A stretch of DNA of 64,000 nucleotides from an uncultured Acidobacteriota bacterium (lineage in GTDB: Bacteria; Acidobacteriota; Vicinamibacteria; Vicinamibacterales; UBA2999): contig CAVZXA010000007.1 in assembly GCA_963779175.1 (NCBI GenBank), forward strand, positions 281,086 to 345,085, written 5' to 3'. The translations under genes and the position numbers were made by a program. This document shows, piece after piece, positions 20,464 to 34,664 of the stretch; position 1 is the stretch's first letter, and each line of letters begins with the position of its first letter. Below the pieces are notes generated by a model. That model was not told where the DNA came from and made no database searches. It was given only the letters and a program-made list of their open reading frames with translations.

Positions 20464-21086
20464 TTCGACGACTCCTTGCGCCACCACGGATTGCCGTGGT
20501 TGACAAACGGCCCGCCATCCACCGAGAGGGTGTACTGCGTGCGGTAGTTGAGGGGGGAAAGCAGCCGCATCACGCTGTTCACGCGGACCGACTGCCCCTT
20601 GTGGGTGAACGGCGCGCCGTCGAGGCGGATGGTGAACTGGCCGCCGAGATCGCCGTTGACCGTGCCCTTCTGCGTGTACGCGAAGCCGCGGCTGTCGGTC
20701 ACGGTGCGGGTGAGCGCGTGCGCGTCGCGGTCGTAGTCGAAGACTTCGGTGATGGTGAACGCGCCACCCGTGTGCTCCGCTGTGGTGGTGGCCGCGAACG
20801 TGGTGGGGCTGGTCTGGGTGTAGACCGTCGTGCCGCTCAGCACGTCGGCGGGGCCGAGCGGGCTTTCAGGATAGTCCCACGTCACGTTCCACGCGCCCTT
20901 GAAGTAAGCCCAGAAGTCGAGCAGCGGCGCCGGATCGTCGGGCTTGGTGGGCCGGCCGAGGGTCGGCACCTGGCTTTTCGGGAGCTCCGGCTGTGGCGTC
21001 TGCGCGGCCGCCGGCTGCCAGGTGCTGCACAGGACGAGGGCAGCCGCAGCCGCCCTCGCGACAAGGTGTCTCAATCGCGTCGGCAT
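20460..21086 (-). CDS. Secreted hypothetical beta-rich protein (DUF1579-like)
   Basis: Signal MPTRLRHLVARAAAAALVLCSTWQPAAA; FKGAWNVTW...ESPLGP; SVDGGPF. Confidence 0.65.
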   Translation of the reverse strand: MPTRLRHLVARAAAAALVLCSTWQPAAAQTPQPELPKSQVPTLGRPTKPDDPAPLLDFWAYFKGAWNVTWDYPESPLGPADVLSGTTVYTQTSPTTFAATTTAEHTGGAFTITEVFDYDRDAHALTRTVTDSRGFAYTQKGTVNGDLGGQFTIRLDGAPFTHKGQSVRVNSVMRLLSPLNYRTQYTLSVDGGPFVNHGNPWWRKESSK

Positions 21087-21118
21087 ATCCGAGGTGTGGT
21101 CCGGAGAAGTCAGGCGCG

Positions 21119-22556
21119 CTACTGGCGCTGGCGCGGCTGCTCGCTGGTCGGCCGCCGGACGGCCTTGGTCAAATCCTGGCTGTCGACCGAGAACTGCGTG
21201 GTCGGCTGGTACATCTCGTCCCAGCTCTGTTCCGACCAGTACACTTCCTTCTCGGGCGCCGGGTTCCACTTGTTGTTCACCGAGTTGTCGTAGATGGCGA
21301 CGTTGGTGATCTTGCTGCCGGCCGGCACCTTCAGCGGCGCCGCGAGCTGGTACTGGATCTGCCAGTTGAAGTCGAAGTTCGGCACGTCGAGGATGACTTC
21401 TTCGCGGCCGTCGGGATAGGTCACCCACCACTTCATGCTCTTGCCGCGCAGGTGCATGTGCGGGGTCAGCGCGTAGAGCGTGATCGGCTCGTTGACCGGC
21501 GTGATGCCCATCATCTTGTAGTCGCCGACGTAGGGCGGAATGGTCGGCGTCTTGCCGCGCCGTCCGGTCGTGTCGTCAGACTCGTAGAGCACTTCCTTGC
21601 CCTGCGCGAAATAGAGTCCGCGGTTGCCGCTGCCGGGCACGGGATCGCCAGCCTGCAGGTTCAGCACCTCCTGCCGCACCGGACCCTTGGCCCACCACAG
21701 CCCCAGCTTGCTCTTGTCCACTTCGGGCTGTCCGGTGGGGTTGTAGTGCATGACCCAGCGCACGTACTTGCCGGCCGGCACGCGCTTGGCGTAGCCCTCG
21801 GGATAGCGCTCGTAACCGCGCCCCGGCACGTAGGAGATGATCTTGTCGGCGCCGGCGAGGCCGTCGCCGCCCAGCGCCTTCTTGCCCATCGGCACGCTCG
21901 GCGGCACCTGCTTGCCGTCGGCGTCGTAGAGGTAGCCGTCTTTCACCGTGTAGCCGTCGGGGATGTCGATGATGTAGACGCCCGAGTGGTGCACGACGCT
22001 GAAGTTGCTGGGCCGGATCTCGACGCCGGTGGCGAACTTGTCTTCGCTGAACGGAATCTTCTCGTAGAAGTACAGGTACGGTTCCTGGGCGTCGGGCTTC
22101 ACCGTCCAGGCGACCGGCTGCTCGAAGACGAAGTCGGGTTCGCCGAGCTGCCAGCCGGGGGCGAAGGTGGGCGCGGGCGGCAGGTCGGCCGGGTTGCCGC
22201 GCGGCGCGCCGGCCCCGGCCCACGCCACCAGCGTGTCGATGTCGGCCTGCGACAGGCTGCGGTCGTTGCCCATCTTCATGCTGTGGCGCCGGGTCGGCCG
22301 CCCACGGCGGCATCTCGCGCTTGACGACCTTGTCTTTGATCGAGCGCGCCCACGGCCGCGTCGACTCGTAGCTCAGGAACGACATCGGCCCGATCTCGCC
22401 GGGCCGATGGCAGCTCACGCAGTTCTTGTTGAGGATCGGCGCGACGTCTTTCGTGAACGTCGGCCCCGCCCCGGCCGGGGTCTGCGCGGCGGCGCCCGAC
22501 GCGGCACCGAGCATGAGCAGACCCGCACCCGCCACCATGAACAGCGCACGCTTCAT
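21119..22556 (-). CDS. Exported cytochrome c + copper monooxygenase (PHM/DBM)-like protein; frameshift near 22285
   Basis: Signal; [27 protein letters not shown]; REMPPW; VVHH; PHMHLRGK; NFDFNWQ; YDNS; EQSWDEM. Confidence 0.8.
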
Positions 22557-22653
22557 CTGAGGCTCCTTCCGGTCAACGGCCTAGAGTCTCCATTTCCACA
22601 GCGAATGGCAAGCGAAAATCGGGCGCATGGATGGCCGTCCACGGGCCGTGCGG

Positions 22654-22929
22654 CTACTTGGTCAGCTTCCTGATCCCGCCGCCGCCAAACTCGACCTCGA
22701 CCCACTCGCCGTTGACCTTCACCACCGGCACGACCACCGGCACCTCGCCGCGCATGCCGTCCACGCGGAAGCCGATGTCCACGCCGGCGTAGACCTTCGG
22801 GGTGGTCAGCCGCTGCCCCGGCGACAGTTGAGCCGGCGCTGTCTGCGCCAGCAGCCACGTCGAGGTGCCGAGCGTGCCTGCCAGCAGACCGAGTCCCATC
22901 CACATCGCCGGGGTCATCCGTGTCGTCAT
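22654..22929 (-). CDS. Small secreted hypothetical protein
   Basis: Signal-like N-terminus; GVDIGFRVDG...VVKVNGEWVEV; GGAGG upstream. Confidence 0.65.
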   Translation of the reverse strand: MTTRMTPAMWMGLGLLAGTLGTSTWLLAQTAPAQLSPGQRLTTPKVYAGVDIGFRVDGMRGEVPVVVPVVKVNGEWVEVEFGGGGIRKLTK

Positions 22930-23001
22930 CGTCGTGTCCCTCCGGTAGGTTTGGACGCGTCGGCGGGGCTGCCGGCCGGTGCGCGGAATGGCCCACTCGC
23001 C

Positions 23002-23037
23002 TTGACAGGGTGAACTAAATGAACGACCATTAATTTA
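23002..23037 (+). promoter_or_regulatory. TTGACA -35 element and TetR-type inverted-repeat operator
   Basis: TTGACA at 23002-23007; TAAATGAA-N6-TTAATTTA (7/8 inverted) at 23016-23037, ending 5 nt before the tetR ATG, with no obvious SD. Confidence 0.65.
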
Positions 23038-23042
23038 CTTCC

Positions 23043-23735
23043 ATGGCCCGCCCCCGTAACGCCGATGGTCAGCGCACCCGCCAGGCCATCCTCGACGCCG
23101 CCCTCGACCTGTTCTCGGAGAAGGGCTACTTCGGCACCAGTCTGCGTGACGTGGCCGGCGCCGTCGGCGTGCGGGAAAGCGCGCTCTACAACTACTTCGC
23201 CGGCAAAGACGCGTTGTTCGAAGCGCTGCTGACCGCACATCAGCACAGCAAGATCGAGCGCCTGGCGCCGCTGGCCGAGGGCCCGATCGTGAATGGCCGC
23301 GCGCTGCTCGAACAGCTGGCGCTCGCCAACCTCGAGGCGTTCGTCGAGCCGCAGGAGCAGAAGCTCCACCGCATCCTGATGTCCGACGGCATCCGCCTGG
23401 CGCGGGTCGGCCGCATCAACCTCTACGAACGCATGAGCGGCGGCCGCGATCAGCTCAACGAGCTGCTGCGGCGGCTCATCCGCGAGGGGTGGCTGCGCCG
23501 CGCCGACGTGTCGGTGCTCGGCCTGGCGTTCTTCAGCCCGCTCTTCATGTGGCGGCAACTGCATGCCATCGACGCCGACCTGCCGATGATCCGCAATCCC
23601 AGGGCGTTCGTCCGCCAGCACGTCGAGCAGTTCCTGAACGGTGCGGCCGGTGCGGCCGCCAGCGCGCCACGCATGCGGCGTCTCTCCCCTCCGTCGTCAC
23701 CCCGCACGGTCGCGGCACGCCGCGCCGCCTCATAG
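23043..23735 (+). CDS. TetR/AcrR family transcriptional regulator
   Basis: TRQAILDAALDLFSEKGYFGTSLRDVAGAVGVRESALYNYFAGKDALF HTH. Confidence 0.93.
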   Translation: MARPRNADGQRTRQAILDAALDLFSEKGYFGTSLRDVAGAVGVRESALYNYFAGKDALFEALLTAHQHSKIERLAPLAEGPIVNGRALLEQLALANLEAFVEPQEQKLHRILMSDGIRLARVGRINLYERMSGGRDQLNELLRRLIREGWLRRADVSVLGLAFFSPLFMWRQLHAIDADLPMIRNPRAFVRQHVEQFLNGAAGAAASAPRMRRLSPPSSPRTVAARRAAS

Positions 23736-23744
23736 AGTCCTGGA

Positions 23745-24938
23745 GTGTCCCCTGTGTTCCGCCCGACTTGTGTCGCTCTTCTCGCCGCCCTGACGGCTGC
23801 AGGCTGCCGCGCCGACGCCACCGCTGAACGTACGGGCACCACCGAGGTCGCCGCCGTCAGCGTTTCGGCCACCGCGGTCGTCGAGACGCCGATCGCGCGC
23901 TTCATCGAGGTGACCGGCACGCTCACCGCGCAGGAATCCGCCGAGGTCGCCGCCGAGATCGCCGGACGCGTGGTGGCGACGCCGGTCGAACGGGGCAGTC
24001 GCGTCGGCACCGGCGTGGAGCTGGTGCGCATCGCGTCGGCCGAAGTGGATGCGCAGGCGCGCGAGGCCGAGGCGAACGCGGCGCAGATCGAGGCCCGCCT
24101 CGGCATCGCCGGCGGCAAGCCGTTCGAGGTCGCCCGCGTGCCCGAAGTGGCAAGCGCCAACGCCGCCCGGGCCCTGGCGCGCACCGACTTCGAGCGGGCG
24201 CGCACGCTGCACGCCGCCAAGCTCATCTCCCAGGCCGAGTTCGAACAGCGCAGCGCCCAGCTCGAGTCAGCCGAGCGGCAGTACGACGTCGCCAGCAACG
24301 GCGCCGAGCAGCAGTATCAGTCGCTGCTGGCCGCTCGCGCGCGGGTGACCGTGGCGCAGAAGGCCGCCGCCGACACCGTCGTGCGGGCGCCGTTTGGCGG
24401 CGTGGTGGGCGAGCGCTTCGTCTCGGTGGGCGACTACGTCACGCGCGGCACCAAGGTGGCGTCGGTGATGCGGGTCGATCCGCTGCGCGTCGAGCTCACG
24501 GTGCCGGAGCAATACGTGGCGGCCGTGGCCTCCGGACGCGAGGTGACCTTCACCGTGGACGCCTACCCGGGCCAGACCTTCACCGGGCAGGTGCGTTACG
24601 TCTCGCCGTCGGTGACCGCCGAGACCCGCGCGCTGGTCGTCGAGGCGATCGTGCCCAACGCCGCCGGTCAGCTCAAGCCCGGGTTCTTCGCCACCGCGCG
24701 CATCGCGCAGGTGTCATCGGCGCCGGCGCTGCTGGTGCCGGCAGTGGCCGTGCGCACCGTGGCCGGTACCGCGCGCGTGTTCGTCGTGAGCGGCGACCGC
24801 GTGGAAGAGCGCGTGGTGATGGTAGGCCAGAGCGTGGACGACCGGATCGAGGTGACCGACGGCCTGAAGGCCGGTGAACGCGTCGCCACCAGTGGCGTCT
24901 CGACGCTGGCCGACGGCGTCCGCGTGGCGGTGCGCTAG
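23745..24938 (+). CDS. RND efflux periplasmic adaptor (MFP) lipoprotein
   Basis: Lipobox-like TAAGC; AEIAGRVV; VRAPFGGVV; LKPGFFA; GLKAGERV. Confidence 0.92.
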   Translation: MSPVFRPTCVALLAALTAAGCRADATAERTGTTEVAAVSVSATAVVETPIARFIEVTGTLTAQESAEVAAEIAGRVVATPVERGSRVGTGVELVRIASAEVDAQAREAEANAAQIEARLGIAGGKPFEVARVPEVASANAARALARTDFERARTLHAAKLISQAEFEQRSAQLESAERQYDVASNGAEQQYQSLLAARARVTVAQKAAADTVVRAPFGGVVGERFVSVGDYVTRGTKVASVMRVDPLRVELTVPEQYVAAVASGREVTFTVDAYPGQTFTGQVRYVSPSVTAETRALVVEAIVPNAAGQLKPGFFATARIAQVSSAPALLVPAVAVRTVAGTARVFVVSGDRVEERVVMVGQSVDDRIEVTDGLKAGERVATSGVSTLADGVRVAVR

Positions 24939-24940
24939 CC

Positions 24941-27900
24941 ATGCAGTGGCTCGCTGAGATCTGCGTCCGGCGCCCGGTCTTTGCCTGGGTGCTCGTCCTC
25001 TCGCTGACGGTGGTCGGGCTCTTCGCCTTCGGCCGCCTCGGCGTCGACCGCTTCCCCAACGTGGACATCCCGACCATCGTCGTGACCACGCGACTGCTCG
25101 GCGCGGCGCCTGAACAGATCGAGACCGAGGTCACCGACAAGGTCGAAGAAGCCGTCAACACCATCAGCGCCATCGACACACTGAGCTCGACCTCGTCCGA
25201 AGGCATCTCGCAGGTGGTGGTGTCGTTCAAGCTCGAGAAGGACGCCGACGTCGCCGCTCAGGAGGTGCGTGACCGCGTCAACCGCATCCTGCCGCTGCTG
25301 CCGCGCACCGCCCTTCAGCCCACGGTCGAGAAACTCGACCCGACGGCCTCGCCGGTCATCACCGTGGCCGTCACCGCCGACAAGCCCGTGCGCGACATCA
25401 CCGAGTTCGCCGACAAGGTGCTGCGGCGCCGCCTCGAGAGCTCCGACGGCGTCGGCCAGGTGCTGGTGATCGGCGGCCGCAAGCGCCAGGTGAACGTGTG
25501 GCTCGACGCCACGCTGCTGCGCGCGCAGGGGCTGTCGGTCAACGACGTGTCGCGGGCGCTGACGTCGCAGAACGCCGACGTGCCCGGCGGGCGGCTCGAT
25601 CAGGGCGCGCAGACGGTGACGCTGCGCACGCGCGGCCGCCTCGAGTCGGTGGACGCCTTCGGCGACGTGGTGCTGCGCGAGGTGGCGGGGCATCCCGTGC
25701 GCCTGCGCGACGTGGCGCGCGTCGAAGACGGCATGGCCGAGCCCGCCACCCAGGCCAGCGTGAACGGCGTGGCCACCGTGCTGCTCCAGATCCGCAAGCA
25801 GTCGGGCACCAACACCGTGGAAGTGGCCGACAACATCAAGCAGCGCCTGGCCGACCTGCAGCCGACGCTGCCGGCCGGCTATTCGCTGCGCATCGTGCGC
25901 GACGAAGCGCAGTTCATCGAGGCGTCGATTGCCAGCGTGCAGGAGCACCTCATCGTCGGCTCGATTCTGGCCGCCATCGTGGTCTTCCTGTTCCTCGGCA
26001 ACTGGCGCTCGACGGTGATTGCCGCCATCGCCATCCCGACCTCGATCGTCGCCACCTTCGCGCTGGTCTGGTACATGGGCTTCACGCTCAACATGCTGAC
26101 GATGCTGGCGCTGACGCTCTCGGTCGGCATCGTCATCGACGACGCCATCGTGGTGCTCGAGAACATCTTCCGCTTCATCGAGGAAAAGGGCATGGCGCCG
26201 ATGGAAGCGGCGGTCGAGGCGACCAAAGAAATCGGCCTCGCCGTGATGGCCACCACCTTCTCGCTGGTGGCGATCTTCGCGCCGGTCGGCTTCATGAGCG
26301 GCATGGTCGGCCGCTTCATGCAGAGCTTCGGCCTCACCATGGCGTTTGCGGTGCTGGTGTCGCTCTTTGTCAGCTTCACGCTCACGCCGATGATGTCGGC
26401 CTACTGGCTGAAGCCCGCCGCCGAAGGACCACAGCCGCGACTCGAAACACAATCGCCTCTTCGACCCGCTCGACCGCGGCTATACCCGCCTGCTCGAGTG
26501 GGCGATGGCGCATCGCGGCCTGGTGGCCGTGGGCACGGTGCTGGTGCTGCTCTCGAGCATTCCGCTCTTCCAGGTCACGGCCGTGAACTTCACGCCGGAG
26601 GACGACCAGTCGCAGTTCGACGTCACCCTGCGGGCGCCGGAAGGCACCAGCCTCGCGGCCATGGACGTGCTCGCCAACCGCCTCGGCGCGGCCATCCGCC
26701 GGATTCCCGAGGTCGACTTCACGCTCATCACCGTGGCCGGCGACACCGCCGGCACGCAGAACACGGCGTCGATGCTGGTGCGCCTCCACCCCATCGAGGC
26801 CCGCGACCGCGACCAGTTCGCGATCATGGGTGAGGTGCGCGACACGATGCTGCCGGCGTTCCGTGAGGCCGGCATCCGCACCGCCGTGCAGAGCGGTGGC
26901 GGCCCGGGCGGCGGCGGGGGCGGTATCCAGTTCATGGTGCAGGGCCCCGATCTGAAGAAGCTCGAGGCGTTCAGCGAGGCGCTGCGCGAGAAGGCGCTGG
27001 CGATTCCCGGCCTGGTGGACGTCGATACCACGCTCAATGCCGGCAAGCCCGAGATGTCGGTCTATCTCGATCGGCCCAAGGCGTCGGATCTGGGCGTGCA
27101 GGTGGCCGATGCCGCCGAGGCGCTGCGGCTGCTGGTGGCCGGCGATCAGGTGACGACCTACAACGAAGCCGGCGAGCAGTACGAAGTGCATCTGCGCGCG
27201 CAGGAGTCGAACCGCAACACCCAGGCGGCGCTGGCGGCATTGCCGGTGCCCTCATCGCGGCTCGGCATCGTGTCGCTCGACAACATCGCGACCTTCGCCC
27301 GCGGCGACGCGCCGGCCACCATCAACCGCATGGGACGCCAGCGGCAGGTCACCCTGACCGCCAACATGTTGCCCGGCACCTCGCAGGGCACGGCACAGGA
27401 GCAGATCGCGGCGGCGGCCGCGTCACTGCAGTTCGGGCCCGAATATCGCGCCGACTTCGCCGGCCGCTCGCGCGAGCTGAACCGCACGGCCACCGCGTTT
27501 CTCACCGCCATCGGCCTGTCGTTCGTGTTCATGTATCTGATTCTGGCGGCGCAGTTCGAGTCGTGGCTGCACCCGGTCACCATCCTGCTGTCGCTGCCGC
27601 TGACGCTGCCGTTCGCGCTGCTGTCGCTCATCATCTTCCAGCAGTCGCTCAACATCTTCTCGGGCCTGGGCCTGCTGGTGCTGTTCGGCGTCGTGAAGAA
27701 GAACTCGATCCTGCAGATCGATCACGCCAACCAGCTGCGCGACAGCGGCATGAACACCCACGACGCGGTGATCCAGGCCAGCCGCGATCGCCTGCGGCCG
27801 ATCCTGATGACCACGCTGGCGTTCGTCGCCGGCATGGTGCCGCTGGTGGTGTCGCAGGGCGTCGGCTCGGCCACCAATCACGCGATCGGCTGGGTGGTCA

Positions 27901-28052
27901 TCGGCGGCCAGACGATGGTGCTCCTCGTGACGCTGGTGGTCACGCCGGTCGCGTATTCGCTCTTCGACCAGATGCAGCAGGTCGGCCTCGCCGGGCTCGT
28001 GGGGCGTCTGCGCCGGCGGCTGCCGACGCCCGACGTGGTCACGCCGCTCTAA
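24941..28052 (+). CDS. RND efflux permease (AcrB/MdtB-like); frameshift near 26440
   Basis: RRPVFA; DRFPNVDIP; GIVIDDAIVVLEN; second ORF LAAQFES, KKNSILQID, RLRPILMTT. Confidence 0.92.
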
Positions 28053-28099
28053 CCCGGGGCCCGCAACCGGGGCGACGGGTTGGGTATCATGCCGGCACC

Positions 28100-29538
28100 A
28101 TGACCCGACGTGCGATCGCGTTCGCCCTTGTCCTGCTGTCGGCTGCCTGCGGCGGCACCACCCAGACGCCCACGGCCCCGGCGCCGGCTCCCGCCGCGGC
28201 GCCGACACTTCAGTCGCTGTCGGTGGCCGATCTCGACGCCTTCATCAGCGCGACGGTGGCCGCACAACAGGCCATCGGCGTCACCGTTGGCGTGATGCGC
28301 GAGGGGCAGGTCGTCTTCGCCAAGGGCTACGGCCTGGCGCGCGTGGCCGACAAGACGCCGGTCGCCACCGAAACGCTCTTCGCCGTGGGGTCGGTCACCA
28401 AGCAGTTCACCTGTGCGGTGGCGCTGCAGCTCGAGCAGGAGCAGAAGCTGTCGTTCGACGATCGCATCGCCCGTTACGAGCCGGGGCTCACTCGCGCCGG
28501 GGACATCACCGTGCGCGACATCGGCGGCATGGTGTCGGGCTACCGCGACTACTATCCGCTCGATTTCGTGGATCGGCCGATGGCGGCTCCGCGCGCCAGT
28601 CTCGACATCGTGCGCGACTTCGCGTCGCGCCCGCTCGACTTCGAGCCGCGTGCCCGCTATTCCTACAGCAACACCGGCTACCTGCTGCTTGGCGCCATTG
28701 CCGAACGCGCCGGCCGCGAGCCCTTTGCCACGCAGCTCGATCGGCGTCTGTTCACGCCGCTCGGCCTGCGTCACACCCGCTACGAGCCCAGGCGCGGCGG
28801 CCCGGGCATGGCCGAGGGCTACACCCCGCTCGGCCTCGGCGAGGTCGAACCGGCGGTGCCTGAAGGCGAGGGCTGGATTGGCGCCGCCGGCGGCATCTGG
28901 TCCACGCCGACGGATCTGCTGACGTGGGATCTCGCGCTGATGGACGGCAAAGTGCTCGGGCCGGTGGCGTGGACCACGATGACGAGACCGCGCACGCTGA
29001 CCGACGGCCGCACCAGCGGCTATGGCTGCGGACAGTCGATCCGCGACCGCGGGCCGGCACTGGTGCTGCAGCACGGCGGCGCAGTGAGCGGCTTCGGCGC
29101 CAGAAACGCCATGGTGCCGTCGTCGCGCTCGGCGGTGGTCGTGATGGCCAACGCCGACTGGGCGGGCGGCGTGCTCGACACCATCGAGAGCGCGGTGCTG
29201 GCGAAGCTGATGCCGGTGGCCGATGCGCCGACGGTCAGCGGCCGCCGGCCCGCGAGGTGGCGCTCGACCTGCTGGCGCAGATCCGCCGGGGCGAGGTCAA
29301 CCGCGCGCTCCTCGGCGACGAATACAGCGCCTTCCTCACCCCGGCACGCCTGGCCGTGATGTCGAAGTCACTGGTCGAGGCCGGCGAAGTGAGCGACGTG
29401 CAGCCGGGCGCCATCCGCGAACGCGGCGGCATGGAAGTGTCGTCGCTGGCGCTGAAGGTGGGCGCCACTGGCGCGAGCACGCTGATGTATCGCACGCCCG
29501 ACGGCAAGGTGCAGGAGTTCCTCTTCAGCCGCCGATGA
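28100..29538 (+). CDS. Serine hydrolase (class C beta-lactamase-like) lipoprotein; frameshift near 29245
   Basis: Lipobox LSAAC; GSVTKQF (SxxK); YSYSNTGY (YxN); HGG triad. Confidence 0.88.
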
Positions 29539-29776
29539 TCGATTGCGTCGCGCGCCGTCAGGCCGCACGACGACCAGGTCGCTGCGAGCACACTAGGCTC
29601 GCGGCGACCGGTGCTACTGCCGCCTCGCGGCGAGTGTCGCGGCGGCACCACGGAGCGGACGACGCTCGGCCTCACGCTGCCGGGAATCGCACGTCGCGGT
29701 AGCGGCGCTCTACCACTGTCGACCATTCCAGGTGGAGCCTGACAAATCGCAGTTACCGTACATCTGGTCATGGCCA

Positions 29777-29794
29777 GAATGGGGTCTGACCCCA
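29777..29794. repeat. REP-like palindrome GAATGGGGTCTGACCCCA
   Basis: Identical to 1071-1088; abuts the mscS stop codon. Confidence 0.75.
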
Positions 29795-30910
29795 CTATGC
29801 AGACGGCGCGGGCGGCGGCAGCTGCGCGAAGCTGGCGCCGCTGTCTTCCACGACCCGCATCACGCCGAGCAGGACGTCCTGCCGCGCGGCGCGGAAGGTC
29901 TCGTACTCCGTCGTTTCGAACCAGCACAGGATCTCGACGTCGATGGCGGCCGGACCCAACTTCGCCAGGCGCGCCACGATGACCTCCGGCCAGACCAGCG
30001 GATGCCCGCGCAGCACCCCGTCGATGCCGGTGAGCACCTGGCGCACCTGCGCCTCGCTGGCGCCGTAGCCGAGCGTGATGGTCGTCGCCAGGTGGATGCG
30101 GTCGCGCACCGCATACGACTCGATGCGGGAGTCGGCGAGGCGCCCGTTCGGAATCGTGACCAGCGTGCGGTCGGCCGTGCGGATGCGGGTCGATCGCGCG
30201 CCGATGTATTCCACCTGGCCCACCACGTCCTCGACCTTCACGGTGTCGCCGACCCGGCAGGGCTGATCGGCGGCCAGCGCGATCGAGCCGAAGAGGTTCT
30301 CGACCGTCTTCTGTGCGCCGAAGGCGAAGGCGATGCCGCCGATGCCGAGCCCGGCGACGACGGTAGTCACGGGATAGCCGAAGGTGGCCGCCGTCGTGAT
30401 GGCGCCCATGACCATCACCGCGGCCTTGAGCAGGTTGCCGCCCACCAGCAGCATCGAGCGCGCCGACGGATCGCCGCCCGCCCACGAACGCTCGACCAGC
30501 ATCTCGAGCAGCGCGTCCACCGAACGCCACAGCGTCCAGAAGATGGCGATGACGCCGCCCGCGGTCAGCACGGCCGAGACGAAGCGGGCGGCCGATGGCG
30601 GCAGTTCGAGCCACGGCAGCGCCACGGCAGCCACGACGATCGCCCAGGCCACTGTGAGTGCCGGCGCGACCCGCGCCAGCCAGCGCTCGTCCCACGACGA
30701 CGCCGTGCGGCGCGCCACCCGCAGCAGCAGGCCGCGCGTCACGGCGCCGAGCAGCCGGCCGACGATGAGGGCGCCGACGACCAGCGCCGGGAGCGCCAGC
30801 CATTGCCACCACGCCAGGCCCTGCGGCCCGATCGCGCCGAGCGCGCGGGGCAGGGCATTGGTGGCGGGGGCTTGCAGGAGGGCGACGATGCTCACGCTCG
30901 GACTCGGCAC
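29795..30910 (-). CDS. mscS: Small-conductance mechanosensitive channel family protein
   Basis: AGLGIGGIAFAFGAQKTVENLFGS; CRVGD; GQVEYIGARSTRIRT..TLVTIPN. Confidence 0.92.
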   Translation of the reverse strand: MPSPSVSIVALLQAPATNALPRALGAIGPQGLAWWQWLALPALVVGALIVGRLLGAVTRGLLLRVARRTASSWDERWLARVAPALTVAWAIVVAAVALPWLELPPSAARFVSAVLTAGGVIAIFWTLWRSVDALLEMLVERSWAGGDPSARSMLLVGGNLLKAAVMVMGAITTAATFGYPVTTVVAGLGIGGIAFAFGAQKTVENLFGSIALAADQPCRVGDTVKVEDVVGQVEYIGARSTRIRTADRTLVTIPNGRLADSRIESYAVRDRIHLATTITLGYGASEAQVRQVLTGIDGVLRGHPLVWPEVIVARLAKLGPAAIDVEILCWFETTEYETFRAARQDVLLGVMRVVEDSGASFAQLPPPAPSA

Positions 30911-31008
30911 GGGCTTCAGTCTACCGCCGGCGGCGAACGCTCGGTCCGGCCCCTATAATCGCGACGTCCGCGGCGATGTGCGCGGACGTGGAGTGTGGAG
31001 GGCGAAGC

Positions 31009-34002
<2,994 letters not shown>

Positions 34003-34048
34003 CAGCGGCCCCTTGGCGCGCGGCGGCGGCAGCGGTAGACTCGCGGTG

Positions 34049-34471
34049 ATGCGTCCGCTGCTCTGTGCGCTTGCCTTCGTGGCTGTTCTGGTGCCGTCCG
34101 GTCACGCCGCGCAGCCGGCGCCGTCTGCCGTCTCCGCCTGGGTGGCGGTGCCAGCGGCCGGCGCCACGACCACCGCTGCCTACGTCGAAATCGCCAATCC
34201 GACGATGTACGAGATCTACATCACGGCGGCCACGAGCGACGTCGCGCCAAAGGTCGAGTTGCGGGCAGCGGCAAGCGGTGGCGCCGAGCCGGCCGTGGTG
34301 GCCGAGTTCCCGGTGCCAGCCTACGGCGGCACGGCCGCCGCGGCCACGGCGCCGCATCTGGCGCTCGTGGGCCTGACACGACCGCTGACGGCGGGCGACA
34401 CGGTGCAGCTGACGCTCACCACCGACGGCGGCGCGACGCTGAAGATCGCCGCGCAAGTCCGTCAGCCCTGA
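34049..34471 (+). CDS. PCu(A)C copper-chaperone-like protein with degenerate metal site
   Basis: Signal; SAWV..AAYVEIAN..AATSDVAPKVEL..HLALVGLTRPLTAGDTVQLTLT. Confidence 0.75.
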   Translation: MRPLLCALAFVAVLVPSGHAAQPAPSAVSAWVAVPAAGATTTAAYVEIANPTMYEIYITAATSDVAPKVELRAAASGGAEPAVVAEFPVPAYGGTAAAATAPHLALVGLTRPLTAGDTVQLTLTTDGGATLKIAAQVRQP

Positions 34472-34485
34472 CGCGCCGCCGGCGC

Positions 34486-34498
34486 GGGGTCAGACCCC
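34486..34498. repeat. REP-like palindrome GGGGTCAGACCCC
   Basis: Perfect core copy just after a stop codon; variant GGGACCCGTCCC follows at about 34514. Confidence 0.7.
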
Positions 34499-34664
34499 TC
34501 TCGGAAACCGCAAGGGACCCGTCCCCAGACCGGGTAATTGACGCAGAATAAGGACCGTCGCCGGGACACCCCGGGGTCGCCGTCTGGTGGCCCGCCCGGC
34601 CATGGAGACGTCTGCCGGCCGGGGTGCCGGCCGTCCGTCGATCAATCCAGAGGAGTTACAGCGC

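Noticed and set aside
28100-29538. Beta-lactamase resistance gene linked to the RND pump
   Set aside because: SxxK serine hydrolases are mostly peptidases or esterases; nothing specifically indicates antibiotic resistance.
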